From: an uncultured Spirochaetales bacterium
GTDB taxonomy: Bacteria; Spirochaetota; Spirochaetia; JABEVK01
Direction of reading: 5' to 3'
NCBI GenBank assembly: GCA_964624355.1
Contig: CAZUXL010000001.1
Coordinates: forward strand, 28,816-76,452
Length of the DNA: 47,637 nt
Both the position numbers and the translations under genes were made by a program. A model generated the notes under the pieces. That model saw only the letters and a program-made list of their open reading frames with translations, was not told the DNA's origin and made no database searches. How positions within the stretch are numbered: position 1 is the first letter of the stretch; every line of letters begins with the position of its first letter. Shown one piece after another: positions 18,570 to 27,263 of the stretch.

Positions 18570-20558
18570 ATGGGTAAAAAAACAGGCCTTTTCTGGAATC
18601 TCTTTACCAGTGGCACTTTCGATACTTTTCCCACCCAGGTACGAAGTAGGATCATATTTTTAAATACCATTACGATTGTAGGTTTGGTGACTCTGATTGT
18701 GTTCTCCGCTCAAGCCTTTGCCACCGGAATATTTCCGCTGGGAATGTCCACGGCTATCGTTTCCGGGTTTGTCTTTTTCGTTTTTCTTTTCATTCGCATA
18801 ACTCGATTTTTTTCCTTCGGAGCCTATGCGATTGTAACCATAATAGGAAGTTTGTATTCCTACCTAATTTGGACCGGGGGGGCTGAGGGATCAGGTGTTC
18901 TGTGGGCCCAAACCTTTCCTTTAATTGCAGTTTTTCTCATAGGCTTTGCTCCTGGAATTCCTTTTTCTTTTTCGCTCTGGGTATTTCAGGGAATCGTACT
19001 TCTCTTGCCTCAATTAAATCCTGCTAATTTTAGCCTGTCCTATAGCCTGCGGGTTTTGGGTACTTATCTTTTCACCTTTATTTTCGCTCTTCTTTTTGAA
19101 GGAATTCGAAGCAGTACACAGAAAAATCTACTCAAAGCTAATGAAGAAATCCAATTGACGACCTTGGAATTGACTCATGAAAAAAACCAGATGGATTCCA
19201 TCATGTCCAGCGTTCAAGAAGGTATTTTCATTCTGGATAAAGAATTGATGATTCAGGCTCCCTACTCTCGGCATTTGGAAGTGATATTTGAACGCTCGGA
19301 TTTGGAAGGACTGAATTTCATCAATCTCCTAAGAGGTTCCATTTCTGAGAGGGACTTAAGTGCTTCACAGGATTTCTTGGAGTTGTTTTTTACAGACAAT
19401 CCCAACCTGCCACTTTTAAATGAAATCAACCCACTAAGCCTGATTCCCAGTAATATTTTATTGTTCGATGGATCCATGGTCATAAAGTATTTAAAATTTA
19501 CCTTCCATCTACTTAAAGATAAGGCTGAACCCCATGTTTTAGTGGTGGTTTATGATGTCACCGAAGAAACGCTTTTGGAGCAAAAGCTTGCCCAGGAGTC
19601 CGTGGTGAATCAGCGAAATATGGAAAGTCTCTTTCAGATCATCCATGTGGAGCCAGATATGCTCCAAGATTACTTAGCAGATACGGATGAAGAGCTCACG
19701 GCTCTAAATAATCTACTCAAAGCTGAAGATGGAGATCCTGCTCAAATTGTTTTGCAGATGTATCAATCCATCCATGCGATCAAAGGGAATTCTACCCTGT
19801 TAGGGCTCACAGAGTTTTCCATTAAACTCCACGAGTTGGAAGATAAACTGAAGGATTTATTGGGAACCAAACCCGGTTGGAAAATGCTTCTCCAGCTTAC
19901 CATTACCCTGGGAAATCTTCGGCAGCAACTGGATGAAATGGAAGAACTAGTACAGAAAATTATGACTTTCCAGAAAAGCGAGGCGGGAGTCCAGCCTGCG
20001 GGACTCCTTGGAAGAACTCTCCAGAGACTAGCTATCCGGGAGGCTGAAAGAGCCGGTAAAATTATTCAGCTGAATCTGGAAAACTTTAAGCCAGAGGCTT
20101 TACCTGAGACTCTGAAGAAATTGATCAAGGACGTTCTCATACAGTTTGTTAGAAATTCCATTGTACATGGTTTGGAAACCAGGGAAGAGCGGCTTAAATC
20201 GAACAAGGACCTCGTGGGTGAGATTAAAATTGACTTGCAAGAGGATTCTGGAAGTTTAAGTTTAATATACCGGGACGATGGCAGAGGTTTCGACTTGGAA
20301 GGCATTCGCCACAAGGCTTTGGAAAATCCAGCTTTTAAAGATATGAAGGTGGAAAACATGGATGAGGCCCATTTAGCTAAACTGGTGTTTCACCCGGGAT
20401 TCTCCACTTCAGATGTTTCCACCCTCAGTGCTGGTCGGGGAATTGGCTTATCGCTGGTAAAGCACAGGGTGGAAGAGTCCGGTGGGACCATCAAAGTCCG
20501 GTTTCTTCCTGGGAAGTTTACCGAGTTTATTGTTAAATTTCCCAAAATGTTGGCTTAA
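18570..20558 (+). CDS. Membrane-anchored CheA-like kinase (TM - PAS-like - HPt - HATPase; no CheW domain)
   Basis: About 5-6 TM helices; HPt motif IHAIKG; CheA-type ATPase VRNSIVHGLE...ER, DDGRG, PGFST and GRGIGL. The protein ends right after the ATPase domain. Confidence 0.85.
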   Translation: MGKKTGLFWNLFTSGTFDTFPTQVRSRIIFLNTITIVGLVTLIVFSAQAFATGIFPLGMSTAIVSGFVFFVFLFIRITRFFSFGAYAIVTIIGSLYSYLIWTGGAEGSGVLWAQTFPLIAVFLIGFAPGIPFSFSLWVFQGIVLLLPQLNPANFSLSYSLRVLGTYLFTFIFALLFEGIRSSTQKNLLKANEEIQLTTLELTHEKNQMDSIMSSVQEGIFILDKELMIQAPYSRHLEVIFERSDLEGLNFINLLRGSISERDLSASQDFLELFFTDNPNLPLLNEINPLSLIPSNILLFDGSMVIKYLKFTFHLLKDKAEPHVLVVVYDVTEETLLEQKLAQESVVNQRNMESLFQIIHVEPDMLQDYLADTDEELTALNNLLKAEDGDPAQIVLQMYQSIHAIKGNSTLLGLTEFSIKLHELEDKLKDLLGTKPGWKMLLQLTITLGNLRQQLDEMEELVQKIMTFQKSEAGVQPAGLLGRTLQRLAIREAERAGKIIQLNLENFKPEALPETLKKLIKDVLIQFVRNSIVHGLETREERLKSNKDLVGEIKIDLQEDSGSLSLIYRDDGRGFDLEGIRHKALENPAFKDMKVENMDEAHLAKLVFHPGFSTSDVSTLSAGRGIGLSLVKHRVEESGGTIKVRFLPGKFTEFIVKFPKMLA

Positions 20559-20603
20559 AGTGGTTCATAGAAGAGTGGTTGGTTGTAATTTTTAATTTTT
20601 TTT

Positions 20604-20662
20604 GAGGTGTGACCCCCATTTTAAATTTAGATAAGAAGGTTGTAGAGGGGGGGGCACACCTC
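20604..20662. repeat. Inverted pair of the GAGGTGTGNCCCC motif
   Basis: GAGGTGTGACCCC at 20604-20616 and GGGGGCACACCTC at 20650-20662. Confidence 0.9.
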
Positions 20663-20710
20663 CAACCGTGTCTTGAACTAATGGGATTGAAAATACTATT
20701 ATAGCCTTCT

Positions 20711-22300
20711 ATGGAAAAGCACCTAGATTCCGGCCATTGGGCCGATGTTTACGCCGAAAAAGTCCTACGGGAAAAAGGCGAAAAAGAAATTTACACCTGT
20801 GCCTCGGGTATTACACCCTCAGGGACCGTTCATATTGGGAATTTTCGGGAGATTATTTCCGTAGATTTAGTGGTTCGAGCACTACGGGATCGGGGTAAAC
20901 AGGTTCGCTTTATTTATTCCTGGGATGATTATGATGTTTTCCGAAAAGTACCTAAAAATATGCCTCAACCCGAGCTGCTGGCAAAATATCTCAGACAACC
21001 TATCGTAGACGTTCCAGATACTCGGGGAATCGCTGATAATTATGCTAGAGCAAATGAAATTGAAGTGGAAAAAACTCTTCCTTCTGTTGGTATTCATCCT
21101 GACTATCTTTATCAAGCTCAGAAATATAGAGCTAGTTCTTACGCACAAGGTATTCGAACAGCTTTAGAAAAAAAAGATTTGGTGAAGGAAATCTTAGACG
21201 AGCATCGATCTGAGGAGTTGGGAGAAAATTGGTGGCCTGTTTCTGTGTTTTCCAGTTTTAATAATAGGGATGAAACTGAAATCCTAGCTTGGGATGGAGA
21301 GTGGTCTCTGACTTACAAGGATGAAGACGGGAATCAGGAAACTATTGATCTCCGAAACTCTAAAGGCGCTAAACTGCCATGGCGTTTGGACTGGCCCATG
21401 AGGTGGTCAGTGGAAAAGGTTGATTTCGAGCCCGCAGGCAAGGATCATCACTCCGATGGGGGAAGTTGGACCACCGCTCAAAGAATGGTAAAGGAAGTAT
21501 TTAACTGGGAAGCTCCGGTTACTTTCCAATATGACTTTATTTCGATCAAGGGTAGGGGGGGGAAAATCTCATCCTCCAGTGGCGAAGTGATTTCGCTACC
21601 AGATGTTCTGGAGGTATATACACCTGAGCTTACGAGGTACTTATTTGCGGGGACTCGGCCAAACGCCGAATTTGCCATTTCCTTTGATCTGGATGTTCTA
21701 AAAATTTATGAAGATTATGATAAATGTGAGAGGATCTACTACGGTGCCCAGGCAGCAAATGAAAAAGAGACCGCAAAGCAAAGTAGAATTTACGAGTTAT
21801 CCCAACCTGAGGCACCCGCAGCAGAGATGCCCTACCAGGTGACAATTCGCCACTTATCCACTTTTCTCCAGGCTTATGATGGTGATATAGAGAGGACTCT
21901 GAAAGCTCTACCAGAAGTTAAAGACTACCAGTTAGATAAACTCCGGGTAAGAGCTAACTGTGCTTGGGCTTGGGTGACATCGTTTGCCCCTGAGGATTTT
22001 CGTTTTAGTATTCGTAAAGAGGGCCAGACCTCCGCGAAACTGGAAGGAAAAGATAGAGCCGCTGCTGCTTCACTCTACAAGGAAGTGTTGAACAACTTTG
22101 ACACTCACGACGAGAAGACCCTTCACAACCGTATTTATGACATTGCCCGGGACCTGGAGATGGATACAAAAGATTTATTTCGGGCGGCATATCAGGCGTT
22201 GATTGGAAAAGACCAGGGGCCTAGGCTAGCCAGCTTCTTGATGATAATTGGAAAAGAGACTTTGTTACGACTTCTTTCAGCATACAAGGATGAGTTATGA
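20711..22300 (+). CDS. lysS: Class I lysyl-tRNA synthetase
   Basis: HWAD, SGITPSGTVHIGNFRE (HIGH-like), DWPMRW, EPAGKDH, KISSS (KMSKS-like) and GPRL. Confidence 0.96.
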   Translation: MEKHLDSGHWADVYAEKVLREKGEKEIYTCASGITPSGTVHIGNFREIISVDLVVRALRDRGKQVRFIYSWDDYDVFRKVPKNMPQPELLAKYLRQPIVDVPDTRGIADNYARANEIEVEKTLPSVGIHPDYLYQAQKYRASSYAQGIRTALEKKDLVKEILDEHRSEELGENWWPVSVFSSFNNRDETEILAWDGEWSLTYKDEDGNQETIDLRNSKGAKLPWRLDWPMRWSVEKVDFEPAGKDHHSDGGSWTTAQRMVKEVFNWEAPVTFQYDFISIKGRGGKISSSSGEVISLPDVLEVYTPELTRYLFAGTRPNAEFAISFDLDVLKIYEDYDKCERIYYGAQAANEKETAKQSRIYELSQPEAPAAEMPYQVTIRHLSTFLQAYDGDIERTLKALPEVKDYQLDKLRVRANCAWAWVTSFAPEDFRFSIRKEGQTSAKLEGKDRAAAASLYKEVLNNFDTHDEKTLHNRIYDIARDLEMDTKDLFRAAYQALIGKDQGPRLASFLMIIGKETLLRLLSAYKDEL

Positions 22301-23007
22301 CTGATAATGAGCGGGCTAAACAGGCAGCAGGCTGGGCTGCTGTGGACCAATTGGTTAAACCGGGAATGAAGTTGGGTCTTGGCTCTGGGTCTACGGCGAT
22401 TCATTGCGTGCATAGGACTTCCGAACTCTACAAATCAGGTAAACTTCCAGGACTCGTCGTTGTTGCCACTAGTTTTGATACTGAAATTGCTTGTCGGGAG
22501 GGAGGTCTGGCCCTTAAGACCTTAAATGATCCTGAAATCGCAGGGCACCTTGATCTTGCGATTGATGGTGCTGATGAGATTGATCCTCACCTAAATTTAA
22601 TCAAAGGTGGAGGGGCAGCCCATCTTTGGGAAAAAATCGTTGCTCAAGCAGCTGATGACTTTGTAGTAGTTGCTGATGAGTCCAAATTAGTTGATTCACT
22701 ATGTCGGAAATTTTTTCTCCCAGTAGAAATAATTCCAACTGCCATGACTTTTGTCGAACGGAAAATTCGATCTTTAGGAGGTCTGCCCCAACTCCGTAGA
22801 GGTTCAGGAAAGCTTGGTCCTGTAGTGACTGACATGGGAAATTTTATTTTTGATGTGAAATTTTCCAGGGATTTTAACTTATTAAAAATGGGGGCAGACC
22901 TCAACACTATAGCAGGAGTCGTTGAGACAGGACTATTTTTAGGAATGGCTTCTCAGGCTTTTATAGCTCAAAGTGACGGGAGTGTTAGGATTCTCGTGGC
23001 CAACTAA
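22297..23007 (+). CDS. rpiA: Ribose-5-phosphate isomerase A
   Basis: GLGSGST, DGADEID, IKGGGAA, EKIVA and GVVETGLF. Confidence 0.96.
   Translation: MTDNERAKQAAGWAAVDQLVKPGMKLGLGSGSTAIHCVHRTSELYKSGKLPGLVVVATSFDTEIACREGGLALKTLNDPEIAGHLDLAIDGADEIDPHLNLIKGGGAAHLWEKIVAQAADDFVVVADESKLVDSLCRKFFLPVEIIPTAMTFVERKIRSLGGLPQLRRGSGKLGPVVTDMGNFIFDVKFSRDFNLLKMGADLNTIAGVVETGLFLGMASQAFIAQSDGSVRILVAN
22890..22902 (-). repeat. Motif copy GAGGTCTGCCCCC inside rpiA
   Basis: Plus strand reads GGGGGCAGACCTC. One-mismatch copies lie nearby at 22020-22032 and 22778-22790. Confidence 0.7.
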
Positions 23008-23191
23008 TGTACTGAATGCACGGTATTTAATAATGTTTTTTCAGGGACGTTTTCTATAAATCGAATTAATCGTATCGATTTAAGGTTCGTGCAGATCTCC
23101 ACGGTTTTACGTTTTTTGAATATAACCCTTATTTCGTCGTTTTTTTCAAAAACACTCAAGCAGGACTATAAGTAAATCCCTTCCGTATGGT

Positions 23192-23710
23192 ATGAGAAAG
23201 TTGAGAAAAATACAGGAACTTGCTGTTTATCACGTAACTGCTAGGGCTGTTCACCGTAGGACCCTTTTAGATCCCAGACCAGTTAAAGAGATGTTTTTAA
23301 AGGTATTAGCTCGTGCAAAGCTAAAGTTTAATTTTAAAATAGAAAATTTTGTTCTGATGGACAATCATTTTCATTTTATTATTAGACCTGGGATGGGTGA
23401 AAATCTATCGAATATAATGAAATGGATTCTTCAGACCTTTGCTATCCGATATAATAAAATCCACGGACTCTGGGGTCATTTTTGGGGTGGTCGATTTTCA
23501 TCTAGTATAATTCCTAGTTTTAGAGAATTCATAAGAATATTTGAGTATATAGACAACAACCCTGTGAATGCTGGATTAGTTAAAGATTCGATCGATTGGC
23601 CTTGGGGTGGTTCTGCTTTTCGCAGATCGGGACAAACGGGCATAATAGAGGAATTATCTGCGTGGTTGAGAGTCCTATTCCCGGGACATTTACCGGATTC
23701 AAATTTGTAA
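23192..23710 (+). mobile_element. HUH Y1 tyrosine transposase/nuclease, RAYT (TnpA-REP)/IS200-like
   Basis: YHVTAR, VLMDNHFHF (HUH), RYN...GHFWGGRF, catalytic YIDNNPVNAGLV and WPW. No tnpB adjacent. Confidence 0.88.
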
Positions 23711-23717
23711 AGTAAAT

Positions 23718-24431
23718 TTATAGATCCTTAAGAATGTAATCTATAGTTCCCATTTGATTACTCTGAAAGCTCCATGATTTCTCAAGAGAAAAGTAATTAT
23801 TAACCCCATATGGAACGGTCTTTTCTACCAAATCAGGACCTCGAAGGGGTTCAGAAAAAGGATCCACATTTAACCAAATGCCCTCGGGGATTTGCAGTTT
23901 TACATGTATCTCTGCCTTTTGAAATGAATAATAGTTCGCTTTTAAACCTGCCAATTCTAAAAGAAAAAACTCCTGGTCGAAATTCCATGGCGATGTGGAA
24001 TCCCGTTTCTTGAATAATGAAGATTCTAATTTTTTAATATTTAGGTATTCTAAATTACCTCCGGATTTCAATACACGATCTAGAACCTGAGCAAGCCAGC
24101 CATTTTCCCATGAAATATAAACAATATCTTTCTCCTCACTAGACAGAAGGAATCCCCCGGCGGGCTTTAACTCTAAACTATGAAATTGTGGTGTTAGTAA
24201 AAAGACAGCTGTAAGGCCTTTTGGAAATGTCAAATCTATTAACTTACTATGGATTTGCTCCCTAATTAATATATTCGTGTGGATTCTATAGGATAATTCC
24301 CAATTCAAGTCCAAATCCTGCCAGGTTGACGGTACTTCGGGCATGATAATACGAATGGTTCTATCAAAGGAAAAGAACTCACATCCCGTTAAAACTAAAA
24401 GAAGAAAGGCTTCCGCCCAGATTTGTTTCAT
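23718..24431 (-). CDS. Hypothetical lipoprotein
   Basis: Signal peptide ending in lipobox LLVLTG-C; 237 aa. Confidence 0.7.
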   Translation of the reverse strand: MKQIWAEAFLLLVLTGCEFFSFDRTIRIIMPEVPSTWQDLDLNWELSYRIHTNILIREQIHSKLIDLTFPKGLTAVFLLTPQFHSLELKPAGGFLLSSEEKDIVYISWENGWLAQVLDRVLKSGGNLEYLNIKKLESSLFKKRDSTSPWNFDQEFFLLELAGLKANYYSFQKAEIHVKLQIPEGIWLNVDPFSEPLRGPDLVEKTVPYGVNNYFSLEKSWSFQSNQMGTIDYILKDL

Positions 24432-24470
24432 CTCTGATACGGAAGCCTTAAATTAACTCTGTGCTTTGGA

Positions 24471-27182
24471 TTATTCGAATTTTTTTGATTTTATTATATC
24501 TTGAAGTACGTTTTTACCTTCTAACATGGGAAAGGTTAAGGGGTCATACCTCCGTGGAGTAGCCAGTTTCAAATCACCAATAATAGTCTCGTAAGATTCT
24601 TGATCTGGTGCAGCGGGAAGTCCTTTTCCATCTAGTGATGCAGCGACTCCATTCCAAGAAAGGATTTGTGGAGAACCGGTGAGAATAAATTCTACCCTTT
24701 TCCGACTTTTATCATTTGCAAGGAAATTAATGGAGACCTTTCGACCATTCTTAACGGAGGGAGAAAAACGCCAAGTCCAAGTGGGGCCAGACCTCTCCAA
24801 AGAAATTTCTAAAATCTCATCTTTCCCATAGGGCAAACGAGCTTGAACGGTGGTCCAGGCTGTCGGTAAAGCTGGTTCAAAGGTAAGGGTATTATTCAGT
24901 AAGTTGGGCCTAAATCCTAGATAGTCCTGATAACCATTCCGAGCAAATTCAGCCACACTCCAAGATTGTGCATAGGTGCCGGTAAGTTTCAATTCATCTT
25001 TTTCATTTGGCAGTGCATTCATATTTTCACTCATGCTGCCCCGGGTTCCCATATAGAGAATTTGGTCGCCAAGATTTTTAGTAACTTGCCAAGCCAGATC
25101 CTGGTATCCGAATTTGTTCAAAGCGGTAATGGTGAAACCCGCATTCCATCCCCAGATTGTACCGTTGTGATATGCCGCATCCTTATGGTGGTACCGAGTA
25201 TTTTCATGGAGGGGATGAAAATACGGGTGATTTTGATCCAGTGAAGCAATTCCATAGGGGAACAGGAGTGTAGAAACCGCAGATTTTGTCACCTGCGCTT
25301 CGACGTCCTCTGGTATGAAAGGGGAAAAGGGGATGGATACTAGCATAAGCTGGTTTGGTCTAACTTTAATGTCTCGAGAGTTGTCGATTCGCACACGGTC
25401 AGCCATAACACTACCGTCCCAAAAGCGGGTTAAGAAAGATGCCTTCACTTGTTGTGCGAGTTTTTCATATTCCAATGCTTGTGAGGTCTGGCCCTCTTGG
25501 CGACTAAGTAGTCCCCCCACCTGGAGTGCCGAATACCAAAGCGCTTGGATTTCAACGGCACGGCTTCCCCGGGCTGACCAAGGATCTTTTCCACTGATAC
25601 GGGCATCCATCCAGGTATCTGCGTCGTCATGGGTAAGTAAGCCTTCAGCATCCACATAATTTTGCCGTGCACCTTTCACATACTCTTTAATGAGGGGTAG
25701 AATTACTTTAGCGTAATCCTTGTCACCCGTGTACATTATATATTCCAATGCTTCACGGATCATCCAGGGCGTTCCATCTACCGTGTTATAGATGATGCTG
25801 TCCCCTGCAGCGACACGATTTGGCACGCGGCCATAATCCTTGTCATTCACCAAATCCACAGAGATTGCCGCCCCAGGGAAGGCCAGTGTCATCTCAGATT
25901 TAAGGGTTAATCTGTTATTTTCATCCTGGGCGTATTCAAAGGGAAGTGGAATTGTCAAAGATAAACCGGCCCGAATTACTTTTGAGCCCCTGAACTTTTG
26001 AGTGAGCCAAGTTCTAATAGCTCCCGCTTGCGGTTCATCCACTGCTTGGGCTTTCACTGAAACCGCCCCGAGGTTTTGGTATCGGGCAAAGTTGTTTAGT
26101 ACTTCCTTGGCATCTTGGAAGAGTCCGGAGACTAACAGTGTCCCTGGAAGGGCGATAAAAGTATCCCGACCCCAATTGTCTCGGAACCAGGGTAGACCAG
26201 CCCAAATGCCTTTTCCGAATTCCTGAACGACAAAGGACCAGGCACTTGCTTTAGCCCAGACTAGAGCTTTATTGTATTCCTTATCCGAGGTCCATAAATG
26301 ACTGGTGGTGAGCCGGTTATAGACATCTTGGAGTTCTTGATTCCAGATATCTACCGAAATCAGACTTTTTGATTTATTTATTGCATCCTCTTTGGTAAAT
26401 CCAAAGGCAATGTGGACTGTAAGACTCGTTGTGGGGGCTTCTGAGGCGATGATAAGTTTTAAGTCTGAAGGATTCAGTCCTAATGCGTCTAGACCAGAAT
26501 AAGTCTTGTCACCTAAATCCATTCGAAAACTTTGATTTGCCGTAACGGCAATAAAATCTGGAATAATTCCCGATGGTCCAACCTTCGGGGAGAGTAGAAC
26601 AGTTTGATCTAAAACTTCCACGTCATAATCATCCGGGCGGATTTCCCAGAGACCCATGGCTGCCAGTTCCACGGGGACATCGCTGGTGACCTTCAGAGAA
26701 ACCGCATTCTTTCCGGAATGAACCATAAGTTCCTCAGATGCTCCAGGGTACTGGGCTAGATGTCCATAAGGGAGAACGGTGTCAGACATCGCTTCTGAAG
26801 AACGATTCAAGAGCAAACCGGCCTTAAAAGAAGCATGTCCCTCTAAAAGAACCTTATTTTTCATCATATAACCCAGGCCTTTACGGAAAATGTGGGTATA
26901 TCCTTCAAAATAACCGGAAATGTTATCTCCTACGATGAATTGTTCTTTTTTTCCCGGGGGTAATTCGATCCCCATATCGTTGTAGAACTCCTCTACCCCA
27001 GGTCTGACCCCCTGAGCCTTTGAAAGAGAAATTGGAGCCGGGGGAGTCAATTCTACAACGGTGCTCATGGATACTCCTTTTTCTGCAGTGATGTCTTGTT
27101 CGTTGGCCTCATCAGGGACTCCAGCGCACCCAGTCCATAATACTGTTAGGGTAGCAATCGTGGCGATCCAATTACGTAGCAT
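24471..27182 (-). CDS. Amylo-alpha-1,6-glucosidase (GDE-like) glycoside hydrolase lipoprotein
   Basis: Lipobox LWTG-C; motifs AGLPWF...WGRDTFIALPG, GRVPN, YNTVDGTPW, TWMDA, VEIQALWY, RPNQL, YHNGTIWGW and QSWSVAE. Confidence 0.85.
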   Translation of the reverse strand: MLRNWIATIATLTVLWTGCAGVPDEANEQDITAEKGVSMSTVVELTPPAPISLSKAQGVRPGVEEFYNDMGIELPPGKKEQFIVGDNISGYFEGYTHIFRKGLGYMMKNKVLLEGHASFKAGLLLNRSSEAMSDTVLPYGHLAQYPGASEELMVHSGKNAVSLKVTSDVPVELAAMGLWEIRPDDYDVEVLDQTVLLSPKVGPSGIIPDFIAVTANQSFRMDLGDKTYSGLDALGLNPSDLKLIIASEAPTTSLTVHIAFGFTKEDAINKSKSLISVDIWNQELQDVYNRLTTSHLWTSDKEYNKALVWAKASAWSFVVQEFGKGIWAGLPWFRDNWGRDTFIALPGTLLVSGLFQDAKEVLNNFARYQNLGAVSVKAQAVDEPQAGAIRTWLTQKFRGSKVIRAGLSLTIPLPFEYAQDENNRLTLKSEMTLAFPGAAISVDLVNDKDYGRVPNRVAAGDSIIYNTVDGTPWMIREALEYIMYTGDKDYAKVILPLIKEYVKGARQNYVDAEGLLTHDDADTWMDARISGKDPWSARGSRAVEIQALWYSALQVGGLLSRQEGQTSQALEYEKLAQQVKASFLTRFWDGSVMADRVRIDNSRDIKVRPNQLMLVSIPFSPFIPEDVEAQVTKSAVSTLLFPYGIASLDQNHPYFHPLHENTRYHHKDAAYHNGTIWGWNAGFTITALNKFGYQDLAWQVTKNLGDQILYMGTRGSMSENMNALPNEKDELKLTGTYAQSWSVAEFARNGYQDYLGFRPNLLNNTLTFEPALPTAWTTVQARLPYGKDEILEISLERSGPTWTWRFSPSVKNGRKVSINFLANDKSRKRVEFILTGSPQILSWNGVAASLDGKGLPAAPDQESYETIIGDLKLATPRRYDPLTFPMLEGKNVLQDIIKSKKFE
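24783..24795 (-). repeat. Motif copy GAGGTCTGGCCCC inside the glycoside hydrolase gene
   Basis: Plus strand reads GGGGCCAGACCTC. One-mismatch copies lie in the same gene at 24540-24552 and 26999-27011. Confidence 0.7.
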
Positions 27183-27263
27183 AATGATACCTCGCTTCGA
27201 ATTTGAAATAATTCTGGATCAGAAGTTGATCCACAGGATATTTTACACCATAATGAGAATAGT

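Noticed and set aside
20711-22300. Archaeal-type class I LysRS as an oddity
   Set aside because: Well known in Borrelia and Treponema; useful only as a taxonomic clue.
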